Shown piece after piece: positions 56,564-56,991 of a stretch of 56,991 nt of DNA. The position numbers and the translations under genes were made by a program. Below the pieces are notes generated by a model, which saw nothing but the letters and a program-made list of their open reading frames with translations, searched no databases and had not been told where the DNA came from. The DNA comes from a virus (lineage: Duplodnaviria > Caudoviricetes): IMG/VR virus record IMGVR_UViG_3300025098_000048, positions 1 to 56,991 of that record. One strand, written 5' to 3'. How positions within the stretch are numbered: the stretch's first letter is position 1; every line of letters starts with the position of its first letter.

Positions 56564-56991
56564 ATGCTTAAAACTATTCTACTTATTTCATCAATCATAA
56601 CTTCAGGGCTTTTAATGAGTTTAAAAAACAATAGAACTAATGCTGATTGCAGCCAGAAATATTCAACTGTAGCATTAGTAAATACAGAAATGCATCCTAA
56701 TGTTATAGGTGTATGGCGAAACTCAATGTATGGAAATACAAGAGTTATTACAGAATATGATTATTTAAATGAGTATCACATTATTGAGCTCAGAGCTAAA
56801 GGTGCAGAATCAAGCAGTAAAGATGTAGAAGAAAAAGTTTATATCTTCGCAGATGATTTTGATGAAAGCATTATTAAAGATACTTGCGAATATCCTATTA
56901 CAAAAATACTAACATTCAGCAGGAACATCCCAAACAACTTATTTGATTTAGCAACTGATACAGCTATCATTAAGGATATTACAGATGAGCA
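56564..56991 (+). CDS. exported hypothetical protein, truncated by window end
   Basis: ATG right after previous stop; MLKTILLISSIITSGLLM; open to the end. Confidence 0.65.
   Translation, partial: MLKTILLISSIITSGLLMSLKNNRTNADCSQKYSTVALVNTEMHPNVIGVWRNSMYGNTRVITEYDYLNEYHIIELRAKGAESSSKDVEEKVYIFADDFDESIIKDTCEYPITKILTFSRNIPNNLFDLATDTAIIKDITDE

Noticed and set aside
1-56991. Stop-codon reassignment, introns or inteins in core genes
   Set aside because: terL, portal, capsid, sheath and baseplate genes are uninterrupted in the standard code, with no intein-like motifs noticed.
1-56991. tRNA, rRNA, integrase or transposase genes
   Set aside because: No cloverleaf with T-loop consensus, rRNA-like tract or recombinase motif recognised by eye; tRNAscan-SE would be needed to be sure.

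Overview
AT-rich segment of a large contractile-tailed (myovirus-type) dsDNA phage, read in the standard genetic code. Layout: (1) 1-3400, short early-type genes with repeated promoter/leader units and an HNH endonuclease; (2) reverse-strand terminase large subunit; (3) a + strand virion module with two long repeat fibres placed before the portal, then portal (two extra C-terminal domains), prohead protease, scaffold, major capsid, neck, sheath, tube, tail chaperone with a candidate +1 frameshift, a Gly-rich tape-measure-position protein ending in a Peptidase_S74-type autocleavage domain, and baseplate/fibre genes, in an order recalling SPO1/Twort-like phages; (4) an accessory membrane/signalling cassette at 40.6-44.3 kb (HEXXH protein, Cys-rich peptide, myxobacterial MtsC-like thrombospondin-3 protein, membrane-anchored class III nucleotide cyclase, small membrane proteins, acidic lipoprotein); (5) RuvC-like resolvase, PD-(D/E)xK protein, amidase endolysin, a ~930-bp non-coding origin-like region, PIN-PhoH, GIY-YIG endonuclease and FmdB-type Zn ribbon. 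The best leads are the cyclase/MtsC-like cassette, three ORF-free promoter-to-terminator units exposing anti-Shine-Dalgarno sequences (candidate sRNAs), and the S74-capped tape measure. All family calls come from motif recognition by eye; no searches were run.
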